Positions 48,018 to 56,904 of a stretch of 64,000 bases of DNA are shown here, piece by piece; positions within the stretch are counted from its first letter, which is position 1; every line of letters begins with the position of its first letter. Position numbers and translations under genes: made by a program. Where the stretch lies: the sequence record NC_025447.1; one strand, given 5' to 3'. This DNA is from Escherichia phage 121Q. The notes beneath the pieces are model-generated. The model did no database searches. It worked only from the letters and a program-made list of their open reading frames with translations, and was not told the origin of the DNA.

Positions 48018-48245
48018 ATGTTAAAGGACATCTTTGAATCTAGCAGTGATTCAATGTACGACCCTGAAGATGATCAGAACGTATATAAAATTACTGATTC
48101 CAGAAAACCGAAACTAACATTACAAGTATTAAACAACTTAAGAAAGTACCGTGAATTTAAAGCACATGAAGAACAACGCCGCAAAAATGTGGTTGCAGTT
48201 GTTTATGCCGCTGCACCAACTGGTGACGGTTCTGGGTTAATGTAA
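48018..48245 (+). CDS. Small head-module protein (hypothetical)
   Basis: 75-aa ORF with AAGGAG ribosome-binding site between portal and core genes. Confidence 0.35.
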   Translation: MLKDIFESSSDSMYDPEDDQNVYKITDSRKPKLTLQVLNNLRKYREFKAHEEQRRKNVVAVVYAAAPTGDGSGLM

Positions 48246-48334
48246 ATCAAAAATCGCACTTTTTAAAGCTTTTAAAAAAGGCGATTTTATTCAGTACTAA
48301 ATAATATCATACTTTATACGAATGTAATATATCT

Positions 48335-49195
48335 ATGGAGGATATAATGGCGAATTTAAAACTACTACAAGAAGCAATTGCGGCGTTTGCAAATGGCGAA
48401 CAAGATATTGCTGATAAAAAAATGCGTAAGTATTTCGTTGAGCAAGCTCAAGAAATTAACAAACAACTAGAAGAAAGCATGGAAGATGAAGACGACGATG
48501 AAGATTGTGAAGTCGAAGTTAAAGTCAAAGATGAAGAAAAGCTTGACGAAGATTTTGATGTACAACCAGACGAAGGTCTAAATGCTGAAATCGAATACAC
48601 CCTTGGTGAAGAAGATGAAAGTGCAGAAGAAGAAGTTGAATTCTCTGCTGATGCAGATGGTGACGGTGAAGACGATGTTGACGTTGAAGTGAAAGCTGAT
48701 GCTGATGTTCCTTCCGAAGACCAATGGGAATCAATCCAAGATGCTTTCCGTGGCCTACAACAAATGTTTGATGAAATCGGTGACGGTGAAGTTGATCTAG
48801 ATTCTGAAGAAGAAGTAGAAGATAGCGAAGAAGAAGTTGGCGTTGACGGTGACGACGAATTTGCTGATGTTGAATTCGGTGATGAAAAATTCGGTGAATC
48901 CTTCAAACTAGAAAAAGTTGCTCCAGTTGATAAGAAAGAAAAAGCTGGCACTCATTCCAAATCTCCAGTAGCACCAGAAGCTAAATCTCCAGTAGCAGGA
49001 GCAGAGCCAGTTAAATTCGCTAAGAAAACTGACCAAGCACCACTACTAGACCTAGATGATAAATCTGTTCTACCAAAAGATAGTCTAGATCTTGGTAAAA
49101 ATGCTCGCGGTGAAATGAAAGATGTTAAAGCACCAAAAACTACTGCATCTAATTCTAAATCACCACTAAGCAAAGCACAACCTAAACTAAAATAA
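48335..49195 (+). CDS. Highly acidic prohead core or scaffold-like protein
   Basis: 286 aa with long Asp/Glu-rich runs (EDEDDDEDCEVEVKVKDEEKLDEDFD...); GGAGGA ribosome-binding site; located between portal and protease genes. Confidence 0.5.
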   Translation: MEDIMANLKLLQEAIAAFANGEQDIADKKMRKYFVEQAQEINKQLEESMEDEDDDEDCEVEVKVKDEEKLDEDFDVQPDEGLNAEIEYTLGEEDESAEEEVEFSADADGDGEDDVDVEVKADADVPSEDQWESIQDAFRGLQQMFDEIGDGEVDLDSEEEVEDSEEEVGVDGDDEFADVEFGDEKFGESFKLEKVAPVDKKEKAGTHSKSPVAPEAKSPVAGAEPVKFAKKTDQAPLLDLDDKSVLPKDSLDLGKNARGEMKDVKAPKTTASNSKSPLSKAQPKLK

Positions 49196-49215
49196 ATATC
49201 TGAAAGGAGATCATT

Positions 49216-49839
49216 ATGAGTAGTATGATTCGTGAATGGTCTTCATTCAATGATTCTAAAGTTGTTTTGGAACATCGTGATAATGGATTTGGTGGGCGTG
49301 ACTGCTATCTTCGTGGTATTGCTATTCAAGCCGACCAACGAAATTTGAACGAGAGAATTTACCCTTTATCTGAAATTACAAGGGCAGTAAATAACATGAA
49401 CCAGCGTTTAGCTAAAGGTGAAAGCATTCTTGTTGAATGTGACCATCCAGAAACACTAACTATTAACCTAGACCGAGTAGCAGCAATGATTACTAAGGTT
49501 TGGATGGAAGGTGCTAATGGTATGGCAGAAATCAAACTACTTGATACTGCACATGGTCAAAATATCCGTAAAATGCTAGAGGCTGGTGTAAAACTTGGTG
49601 TAAGTTCTCGCGGTTCCGGTAACGTTGATTATAATGGAATAGTTTCTGATTTTGAAATTATCACTATTGATATTGTTGCTCAACCTAGTGCTCCAGAAGC
49701 ATACCCAACAGCGGTATTTGAATCTCTGATGAGTAAGTACGGATCACCTTGTAATAGTTCTAAAAAAATCACTGAATCTAAAAAAGTAAATAATTTAGAT
49801 TCTGAAATATACGATTTTTTCAAGAAATTAAAAGGTTAA
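49216..49839 (+). CDS. Prohead protease (T4 gp21-like)
   Basis: 207 aa; VECDHPE and GVSSRGSGNV segments consistent with the prohead serine protease family; position upstream of the scaffold and major capsid genes. Confidence 0.7.
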   Translation: MSSMIREWSSFNDSKVVLEHRDNGFGGRDCYLRGIAIQADQRNLNERIYPLSEITRAVNNMNQRLAKGESILVECDHPETLTINLDRVAAMITKVWMEGANGMAEIKLLDTAHGQNIRKMLEAGVKLGVSSRGSGNVDYNGIVSDFEIITIDIVAQPSAPEAYPTAVFESLMSKYGSPCNSSKKITESKKVNNLDSEIYDFFKKLKG

Positions 49840-49850
49840 CATTTTAAAAA

Positions 49851-49858
49851 TATAAATA
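49851..49858 (+). promoter_or_regulatory. T4-type late promoter TATAAATA upstream of the scaffold gene
   Basis: TATAAATA at 49851-49858, about 48 nt upstream of the ATG at 49906; overlapped by an inverted repeat at 49856-49881. Confidence 0.45.
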
Positions 49859-49905
49859 TCTGTATGTTGAAGTACAGATATTTCAGTACTTAAAGGAGAG
49901 AACGA

Positions 49906-51021
49906 ATGTCTAAATTAGAAAAGCTTCTAAAAGAATCATCTCTTTCTGATGAGGCAAAACAGCTAATTCAGGAAGCATGGAATGAAGAAAAGAATACACT
50001 AGCCGCAGAGATGCGTGAAGAAATGAAAGGCCGTTATCAGCAAGATTTGGCTGAACTAACCGAAGGTTTGAACACTATGGTTACTCAAGTCATTGCTGAA
50101 GAAATGGGTGCTGTATATGAAGAGAAAAAACGTCTCGTTGAAGATCGTGTAACTCTACGTAAAACACTAAGCAATTTCTCTGCGTTTTCAAACTCTGTTT
50201 TGGCTGAAGAAGTTAAACAAATGCGTAAAGAACGTAAGCATCTTCATGAATGCATGGGTAAATTCGTTAATTTTTCTAACGGTATCCTAGCAGAAGAGCT
50301 AAAAGAATTCCACACTGAAAAACGCCAACTAGTAGAAACTCGCGTTAAACTACTTGCTGAAGGTTCACGTCAAATTGCTGAAGCTCGTAATAACTTCATC
50401 AAACGTACATCTGAAAGTGCTGCTAAATATATTGCAGAAACCACTCAGAAGAATCTATATGCGTTGAAACAAGATCTAGTGGAAGCAAAACAAAATATGT
50501 TTGGTCGTAAAATCTTTGAAGCATTTGCTCAAGAGTTTAATGTCAAACAATTTAATGAAAACTCATTGCTACGTTCCCTAACTGAATCAATTAAATCTAA
50601 AGAAGATGAAATTGCTCAAGTTAAGCAAGAACTACATGAAACTGCTAATGCCGTTAAAGCTGCTAAAACCAAACTACGTATTATGGAAGATGCACAAGCA
50701 CGTAATGCGATTATGTCTGAACTAGTAAAACCACTAACTGCACAGCAAAAACAAATTATGGAATCCCTTCTAGCTACTTCACCTACTGAAAAGCTTAAAG
50801 AAGATTTCAGCAAGTACCATAAGTCAGTACTTAACGGTACTAAAGTAAATGAATCTGCTACCACTCGTCAAGCAGTTCAGTCTTCCGCTAAGAAAACTCT
50901 TGCAGAAGGTAAAGTAATCACTGGCAACCGTCAGGCTATTGTTGAAAGCGAAGAAATGACCGCTGACGATATGGCATTCCTAAAAGAACTAGATGTTCTT
51001 TCAGGTATCAATAAAAAATAA
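49906..51021 (+). CDS. Prohead scaffold protein (T4 gp22-like)
   Basis: 371 aa, Glu/Lys/Ala/Leu-rich and predicted alpha-helical; sits between the protease and major capsid genes. Confidence 0.6.
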   Translation: MSKLEKLLKESSLSDEAKQLIQEAWNEEKNTLAAEMREEMKGRYQQDLAELTEGLNTMVTQVIAEEMGAVYEEKKRLVEDRVTLRKTLSNFSAFSNSVLAEEVKQMRKERKHLHECMGKFVNFSNGILAEELKEFHTEKRQLVETRVKLLAEGSRQIAEARNNFIKRTSESAAKYIAETTQKNLYALKQDLVEAKQNMFGRKIFEAFAQEFNVKQFNENSLLRSLTESIKSKEDEIAQVKQELHETANAVKAAKTKLRIMEDAQARNAIMSELVKPLTAQQKQIMESLLATSPTEKLKEDFSKYHKSVLNGTKVNESATTRQAVQSSAKKTLAEGKVITGNRQAIVESEEMTADDMAFLKELDVLSGINKK

Positions 51022-51059
51022 ACATTTTAAAGCATTTTAATAATCAAATTTTTCAGTTC

Positions 51060-51067
51060 TATAAATA
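51060..51067 (+). promoter_or_regulatory. T4-type late promoter TATAAATA upstream of the major capsid gene
   Basis: TATAAATA at 51060-51067, 45 nt upstream of the ATG at 51113; the extended motif TAAATAATATCATACT recurs upstream of 48335. Confidence 0.5.
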
Positions 51068-51112
51068 ATATCATACTGAAAAACGAATATAACATCTTTA
51101 AGGAGATATATA

Positions 51113-52288
51113 ATGTCACAACTACTAAATGAATCCAAATGGGTAGCAGTAAAAGAGAAACTAGTTGAAGGTCTACAGGGTACTCGTAAGTCTGTAATGG
51201 AAACTGTTCTTGATAACCATCGTAAAGTTATGCTAACTGAATCCGCAACTTCTGGTGCAACTACCGCTGGTAACATCGCTACTCTAAACAAAGTGATTCT
51301 ACCAATTATGCGTCGTGTAATGCCAACCGTTATTGCTAACGAAATCATCGGTGTTCAACCTATGACTGGTCCAGTTGGTCAGATCCACACCCTACGTGTA
51401 CAATATGCTGATAACGCACCTGGTGTAATCGCTGGTGAAGAAATGCTTTCTCCATACAAAATCGCTAAATCTTACTCTGGTGATCTAAATGCGGATAATA
51501 GCAACCCACAAGCTGCTCCTACTAGCCAACTAGAAGGTACTATGGGTCGTCGCGTTAACATCCGTATTCTACGTGAAACTGTTGAAGCGAAATCTCGTCG
51601 TCTATCTGCACGTTGGACTGTTGAATCTGCACAAGATGCTCAATCCCAACATGGTGTTGACGTTGAAGCAGAACTAATGGCTGCAATCGCTCAAGAAGTT
51701 ACTGTAGAAATCGACCAAGAGCTACTAAGCCGTCTACGTGCACTACCTGGTGCTGCTGCTGTAACTTATGACCAATCTAAAGTTACTGGTGTTGCAACCT
51801 TCGTTGGTGATGAGCACGCTGCTCTAGCTACTCTAATTAACCGTCAAGCAAACGAAGTTGCTCGTCGTACTAAGCGTGGTGCTGCAAACTGGGCTGTTGT
51901 TTCCCCAACTGCACTAACCATTCTACAATCTGCTACTACTTCTAGCTTTGCACGTACCACTGAAGGTACTTTTGAAGCACCAACTAACGTTAAGTTTGTA
52001 GGTACTCTAAACAGCACTATGCGTATTTTCGTTGATACCTATGCTAGTGATGCAGAAGATATTCTAATTGGTTATAAAGGAAATGCGGAAACTGATGCTG
52101 GTGTATTCTATTGCCCATACATCCCACTAATGGCTTCCGGTACTGTAATGGACCCTAACACTGGGGAACTCGTTACAACTTTCTTAACCAGATACGGGTA
52201 TGTTCAGTTGACCGATAGCACCAGTTCACTAGGTAACGCTGCGGACTACTACAGCAAAATCGCTATCAAAAACGTTACTTTCATGTAA
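51113..52288 (+). CDS. Major capsid protein (T4 gp23-like)
   Basis: RVMPTVIANEIIGVQPMTGPVGQIHTLRVQY and RILRETVEAKSRRLSARWTVESAQDAQSQHGVDVEAEL align with T4 gp23 (RRAIPNLIAFDICGVQPMNSPTGQVFALRAVY; RIDKQVIEAKSRQLKAAYSIELAQDLRAVHGMDADAEL) as recalled. Confidence 0.9.
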   Translation: MSQLLNESKWVAVKEKLVEGLQGTRKSVMETVLDNHRKVMLTESATSGATTAGNIATLNKVILPIMRRVMPTVIANEIIGVQPMTGPVGQIHTLRVQYADNAPGVIAGEEMLSPYKIAKSYSGDLNADNSNPQAAPTSQLEGTMGRRVNIRILRETVEAKSRRLSARWTVESAQDAQSQHGVDVEAELMAAIAQEVTVEIDQELLSRLRALPGAAAVTYDQSKVTGVATFVGDEHAALATLINRQANEVARRTKRGAANWAVVSPTALTILQSATTSSFARTTEGTFEAPTNVKFVGTLNSTMRIFVDTYASDAEDILIGYKGNAETDAGVFYCPYIPLMASGTVMDPNTGELVTTFLTRYGYVQLTDSTSSLGNAADYYSKIAIKNVTFM

Positions 52289-52333
52289 TTGTAATAGATT
52301 TAAAAGATTTAATCAAAAAAAATAAAAACAAAA

Positions 52334-52360
52334 GGGACTCTTCGGAGTCCCTTTTCTTTT
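52334..52360 (+). terminator. Rho-independent terminator after the major capsid gene
   Basis: GGGACTC-TTCG-GAGTCCC followed by a T-run. Confidence 0.7.
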
Positions 52361-52434
52361 TATTAAAAAACCCTTTACACAATGTTCTGGAATGTATATA
52401 ATACGCACATACACGAAAATAAAGAGACAAAATT

Positions 52435-53532
52435 ATGCCAAACGTAAGTATCAACAAAGAAGAGTTTATCAGCAAAATGACTGCTAAGTATGGTGAATTT
52501 GATTTCAGTACTTTAGTATTCAAAGCAAGTAAAACAACTGTGAAATGTAACAAGTGTGGAAAAGAAAACATAAAATCTGCACTTCGTCACATTGCATGTA
52601 CATGTGCATCATGTTATTCAAACATGTCGCAACGTTCAAACAACGACACATTCATCAGCACGGTAGAAAATAAATTTGGTAAAGATAAATTCAAATTTGA
52701 TAAACTAAATTACACTAACGCTATAACAAAAGTAACACTCTTTTGCACTGATGAAGAGCACAACGATTACTTTGAAATAACACCAAACAAATTTCTTTCT
52801 GGTAAGGGATGTCCTGTGTGTAATAAAAATGAAGCATACAGTACTGAATCATTCACTGCAAAAGTAAAAGAAAACTATGGTGATGCATTGGATTTGACAA
52901 ATACTGTTTATGTCAATCAGAAAACTAAAGTAACGGTTCATTGCACAAAAGGACATCACGACTGGACAGTAGATCCAAAAACTTTAATCGTCGGTAAAAC
53001 TGGCTGTGGTACATGCTCTGGTAAAGGTGGACGAAGTACTGAGCGTTTCATTGAACTAGTATCACCAATTCATAACCATAAGTATGATTATAGCTTGGTG
53101 GATTATACAACAAGTGAGAAGTATGTGGATATTGTGTGTCCGACGCATGGTGTTTTTTCCCAACAACCAAAAGCACATATGGCGGGTAAAGGATGTCCAT
53201 CATGTGGTGAATATGGATATCAACCATCAAAACCTGGATATTTCTATGTTCAAAAACTAACTAACAATGACAAGACGGTGTACAAATATGGAATCACTGG
53301 TGATATGAAACGCCGTGTAAACGAACAAAGTCGTAATTCTGGGTTCGAACATGAAGTACTAGTAGAACGCTACTTTGAAGATGGAAATCAACCATTACTG
53401 TTGGAAAAGTTCATAAAGAAATACATTGAAAGTGGAGTAGTAAGTACTGAAGAGTTGCCGTCAGGATTTACTGAAACGTTTGATGAAAAGTATCTAAAAT
53501 CTGTACTGGAAATTGTAAATAACTTTAAGTAA
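52435..53532 (+). CDS. Homing-endonuclease-like protein: three zinc-ribbon repeats plus C-terminal GIY-YIG/T5orf172-like domain
   Basis: 365 aa; repeats ...CTDEEHNDYFEITPNKFLSGKGCPVC, ...CTKGHHDWTVDPKTLIVGKTGCGTC, ...CPTHGVFSQQPKAHMAGKGCPSC; C-terminal GYFYVQKLTNNDKTVYKYGITGDMKRRVNEQ. Confidence 0.5.
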   Translation: MPNVSINKEEFISKMTAKYGEFDFSTLVFKASKTTVKCNKCGKENIKSALRHIACTCASCYSNMSQRSNNDTFISTVENKFGKDKFKFDKLNYTNAITKVTLFCTDEEHNDYFEITPNKFLSGKGCPVCNKNEAYSTESFTAKVKENYGDALDLTNTVYVNQKTKVTVHCTKGHHDWTVDPKTLIVGKTGCGTCSGKGGRSTERFIELVSPIHNHKYDYSLVDYTTSEKYVDIVCPTHGVFSQQPKAHMAGKGCPSCGEYGYQPSKPGYFYVQKLTNNDKTVYKYGITGDMKRRVNEQSRNSGFEHEVLVERYFEDGNQPLLLEKFIKKYIESGVVSTEELPSGFTETFDEKYLKSVLEIVNNFK

Positions 53533-53546
53533 ACAATCTAAAGGAG

Positions 53547-53906
53547 TTGACACGGATGTTAACTGTATACAAATTTAATAGAGAAGAGTACTTAAAGAGT
53601 CAGTACTCAAACATAGAAATAAATGTTCCTTATGGGACATTAGTTGGTTATGATGAATCCACCGAAACTTTATATTATAATGATGATAGATTGGATTATA
53701 GTTTAGATTCTTTTATAGAAGATATACTAAACACACATACTGAAGATATGTTATATGAAGAATACATAGATCATTATAGGGAACGTATGTCACAATTACA
53801 CTCGGACGCTCCAGTACTAAACATTACACAAGAACCTTCTGAATTTCAGCCCCATAATCCTTTTCAACGTTTAATAGATATTGGTTTGAAATTCACTATT
53901 AGTTGA
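53547..53906 (+). CDS. Hypothetical protein
   Basis: 119-aa ORF with GGAG ribosome-binding site inside the endonuclease island. Confidence 0.35.
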   Translation: MTRMLTVYKFNREEYLKSQYSNIEINVPYGTLVGYDESTETLYYNDDRLDYSLDSFIEDILNTHTEDMLYEEYIDHYRERMSQLHSDAPVLNITQEPSEFQPHNPFQRLIDIGLKFTIS

Positions 53907-53927
53907 TAGATAAATATCTCCATATTA

Positions 53928-54254
53928 ATGATGGAGATTGAATCTATGTCACAGATATGTTATGTTATAATAAATTCTGCATGGCCTGAGTATGTTAAAA
54001 TTGGTTTTACTTCAAAATCAGAAATGACAGAACGTCTAAGAACGTATCAGACTGCTACACCATTTCGTGACTTTGAAGTATATCATGAAGTTCATTTTGA
54101 TGACGCACGTTTAGCTGAAAAAGAGATACATAAAAGGCTTAAACAAATGAATGCAACTAGACAACCAAACACGGAGTGGTTTAAAATGTCTAAAAAGATA
54201 GCAGCAAACATCATTGATTCTGTGTGGGATGATATGGATAACGACTTGCTATAG
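53928..54254 (+). CDS. GIY-YIG/T5orf172-like domain protein
   Basis: 108 aa; CYVIINSAWPEYVKIGFTSKSEMTERLRTYQT fits the pattern of a hydrophobic strand, then KIG-T, then a conserved Arg. Confidence 0.45.
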   Translation: MMEIESMSQICYVIINSAWPEYVKIGFTSKSEMTERLRTYQTATPFRDFEVYHEVHFDDARLAEKEIHKRLKQMNATRQPNTEWFKMSKKIAANIIDSVWDDMDNDLL

Positions 54255-54294
54255 GAATAAATATAGTATATATTAATCATAAAGGGATTTATAC

Positions 54295-55905
54295 ATGAGC
54301 ATAAGTTTTAATAACCCATTGGATACAATGACCAGTACTGGTGCTAATGGATCTTTAGAACTAATAGTGCTTGGTGGTACACCAACTAACCCAAGACCTA
54401 TTCGTTTTAATTCGTCATCAGTTATTATACCAGTACAAACGTTACCTACTGGTGAACAAGGTGCAATGGTTTTTGATCGAAACGAATTAGTTTTGAAGTA
54501 TCATAACGGTACAAGTTGGATTGCAGTATACGATACTGATACTATTTTGGAACCAATTAGAATTTCATTAGATGAAGTAAACAGAAAATTAAATTTAAAA
54601 GTAGAAAGTGTAACATACAGTAGTAGTACTGTTCCTAGTGCAAGTATTAGTGGAACAAACTTAAACATTGTATTCCCTACTGCTTCTAGTGGTGGTTCTG
54701 GTCCAACTGGTCTTTACACTTCACTTAAACCAGGTGCTATTACACAATATTCATTGACTTCTGGTCAATCTGTTGCTAGTATACGTGAACAAATGTCAGG
54801 ACAATCGAATGGACAAAGTGGGAGAAACGGTTCACAAGGTGCTCCGTGGAAAACGTCTGACGGTTGGTGTTTTGCTGATGGTATGTGGTGGCAATGGGAG
54901 GGGGAAAATGGTACAATTACCAAACAAGTACCAAACCTTAACCAAAACGCGTACTTAAAAGGGATATCCACATCAGGTGTAACTAAAACTGATAGTGTTA
55001 TTGGTAGTAGCGGTAATATTAGCGGCACAGTATTAAGTGTTGCCCAATTACCATCACACTCATTTAGTTTTAGTGGGACCACAGGGGCTGCTGGTCGTCA
55101 TGGTCATAGTCAAGCACTAAAAGGTATGGACCGTAGTGGTCTAAATGCGTTAACTTCAAGTAATGATAACGGTATACCAACTGTAATCAATAACATTAAC
55201 GAAGCACCAGACCACATTCACTCATTTAGTGGAAACACTAACACACTTGGTGGAAACCAACCACACTATCATGGTATTAGTAACATTGATGTGGAACACT
55301 TTAACGTTGCATATCTATATAACATTGCTGAATCTAACGTCGCATTGAGTGAAAAAGTTGCAAACACTCGTTATGTACTAAAAACTGGTGATACAATGAC
55401 TGGTTCATTGACTATTGCAAACAGTGCGTCAATTAAGTCAAATGATACATCATTAGTTCTATATTTCCGTAACGCAAGCGGTGGTGAGCGTGCGGCAGTG
55501 TATCATAACTCTTCAAATAATACATTGAGATTACGTTCCGGTGGAGCAGAAGTTACTGTAAACTCTTCTGGTACTTTAGCTGCTCCATCATTAACTGTTT
55601 CTAACAACTCAGCTACTGTTGGTGGTAAAAATATTGTTCGTTCAATTAACGGTACTGCTGCTGATGCTAGTGGCAACGTTACTTTGCAAATTAGTACTAA
55701 TAACGTACAAAGTATTCGTTTGAGTGCACGTATTGAAACAAGTAAAATACCTGATTCTTCATGGACATATACACCAGAAGGTGCATTTATGGATGGCGTA
55801 TGGATTTCTGTTAATGGTAGTTCAGGCACTCACTTAGAACGAATTAGTTATCGCTATGTTCAAATGCAAATAAATGGTAACTGGGAAACAGTACGTCAAC
55901 AATAA
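54295..55905 (+). CDS. Tail-fiber-like protein with His-rich (HxH) motifs
   Basis: 536 aa, Ser/Thr/Gly/Asn-rich; SHSFSFSGTTGAAGRHGHS and DHIHSFSGNTNTLGGNQPHYHGIS resemble metal-binding HxH motifs of T4 fiber tips. Confidence 0.45.
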   Translation: MSISFNNPLDTMTSTGANGSLELIVLGGTPTNPRPIRFNSSSVIIPVQTLPTGEQGAMVFDRNELVLKYHNGTSWIAVYDTDTILEPIRISLDEVNRKLNLKVESVTYSSSTVPSASISGTNLNIVFPTASSGGSGPTGLYTSLKPGAITQYSLTSGQSVASIREQMSGQSNGQSGRNGSQGAPWKTSDGWCFADGMWWQWEGENGTITKQVPNLNQNAYLKGISTSGVTKTDSVIGSSGNISGTVLSVAQLPSHSFSFSGTTGAAGRHGHSQALKGMDRSGLNALTSSNDNGIPTVINNINEAPDHIHSFSGNTNTLGGNQPHYHGISNIDVEHFNVAYLYNIAESNVALSEKVANTRYVLKTGDTMTGSLTIANSASIKSNDTSLVLYFRNASGGERAAVYHNSSNNTLRLRSGGAEVTVNSSGTLAAPSLTVSNNSATVGGKNIVRSINGTAADASGNVTLQISTNNVQSIRLSARIETSKIPDSSWTYTPEGAFMDGVWISVNGSSGTHLERISYRYVQMQINGNWETVRQQ

Positions 55906-55915
55906 GGAATGTGTA

Positions 55916-56431
55916 ATGCAACTAACAAATTTTAAGATGTATGAAAAAGAAGGTGGTAATCCTAATTCTTTGTATATGATGTCCGATGAAGGTATGGATT
56001 GGTATGAATCTCGTGAATTGTTTGACATTAATAAAGCAAAATTTATGTATGATACTAATGGTTTAATTGTTTCAGCATCATATAACATTTATGATCTAGT
56101 ACCTTTAGGTTTTAGTGTTTCTGAAATTGAATATGATGGTGATATTAACAAACTTTATGGTATGGTTTACGATGGAAATACTATTCATGACTATATTGAA
56201 ACTAAAGAAGAAAAAATTGAACGCCTAAAAAATGAATTATCTAATTTGAAATACATTGCAATTCAAGAACTTGGACACTTAAAAACTGCTATGGATCTTG
56301 AGTTAGCAACTGATGAAGAAGCTGTATTGTTTGTAAAATTGAAAGATTATGTAACGCAATTGAATTCAATCAAACCAGCAGACATGATCAAGAAAACATT
56401 TTCATTTCCAGTTAAACCGGAAAAAAAATGA
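55916..56431 (+). CDS. Putative tail fiber assembly chaperone
   Basis: Immediately downstream of the fiber-like gene; start set to the ATG at 55916 (AAGGA 7 nt upstream). Assignment is by position and size only. Confidence 0.35.
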   Translation: MQLTNFKMYEKEGGNPNSLYMMSDEGMDWYESRELFDINKAKFMYDTNGLIVSASYNIYDLVPLGFSVSEIEYDGDINKLYGMVYDGNTIHDYIETKEEKIERLKNELSNLKYIAIQELGHLKTAMDLELATDEEAVLFVKLKDYVTQLNSIKPADMIKKTFSFPVKPEKK

Positions 56432-56464
56432 GACAACACGTAAAGACGTGATACAATTAAGTCA

Positions 56465-56497
56465 TCTCACCGATTGTGGTGAGGTGGCATTTTTTTT
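56465..56497 (+). terminator. Rho-independent terminator candidate
   Basis: CTCACC-GATTGT-GGTGAG hairpin followed within a few bases by an 8-nt T-run. Confidence 0.45.
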
Positions 56498-56522
56498 GAA
56501 AACACACATGGAGAAATACAAA

Positions 56523-56825
56523 ATGGCTAAATCTAAAAAAGAAGTTAAAGTTGAAATTCGTGATCTAAACGATGAACAACGTAAACGTCTCGGTGATGCA
56601 CTGAACAACATTGTCGTACAACTAACTTTCATTGATGATACCAAAGCATCCTTATCTGATTTTGTTTCTAGTGTTTCTGATGAACTTGGTATCGATGCAT
56701 CTGATATCAAGCAAGCTGCACAACGTATGTACAAAGGTGATTACTTTGACAAACAAAATAAACTCGATAATATCGAAACTATTCTTAGTGTTACTAATAA
56801 TCTTCCACAAGCAGATGATTACTAA
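56523..56825 (+). CDS. Hypothetical protein
   Basis: Start set to the ATG at 56523 (GGAGAA 7 nt upstream); the ORF-track start runs through the terminator hairpin. Confidence 0.4.
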   Translation: MAKSKKEVKVEIRDLNDEQRKRLGDALNNIVVQLTFIDDTKASLSDFVSSVSDELGIDASDIKQAAQRMYKGDYFDKQNKLDNIETILSVTNNLPQADDY

Positions 56826-56847
56826 TTAGTACTAAAATATATTAAAT

Positions 56848-56876
56848 AGCCTCCAATGACGGAGGCTTTCTTTTTA
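56848..56876 (+). terminator. Rho-independent terminator
   Basis: AGCCTCC-AATGAC-GGAGGCT followed by a T-rich run. Confidence 0.6.
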
Positions 56877-56904
56877 ACTTAATAAACGTAAGGGAATACA
56901 AACG

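Noticed and set aside
48246-48300. Possible terminator (AAAATCGC ... GCGATTTT) after the small head gene
   Set aside because: The loop is too long (about 20 nt) and the stem AT-rich; not convincing as an intrinsic terminator.
48448-48951. Minus-strand 167-aa Ser-rich ORF
   Set aside because: Antisense to the acidic prohead core gene; GAA/GAT-rich codons read as Ser/Leu-rich in reverse. Artifact.
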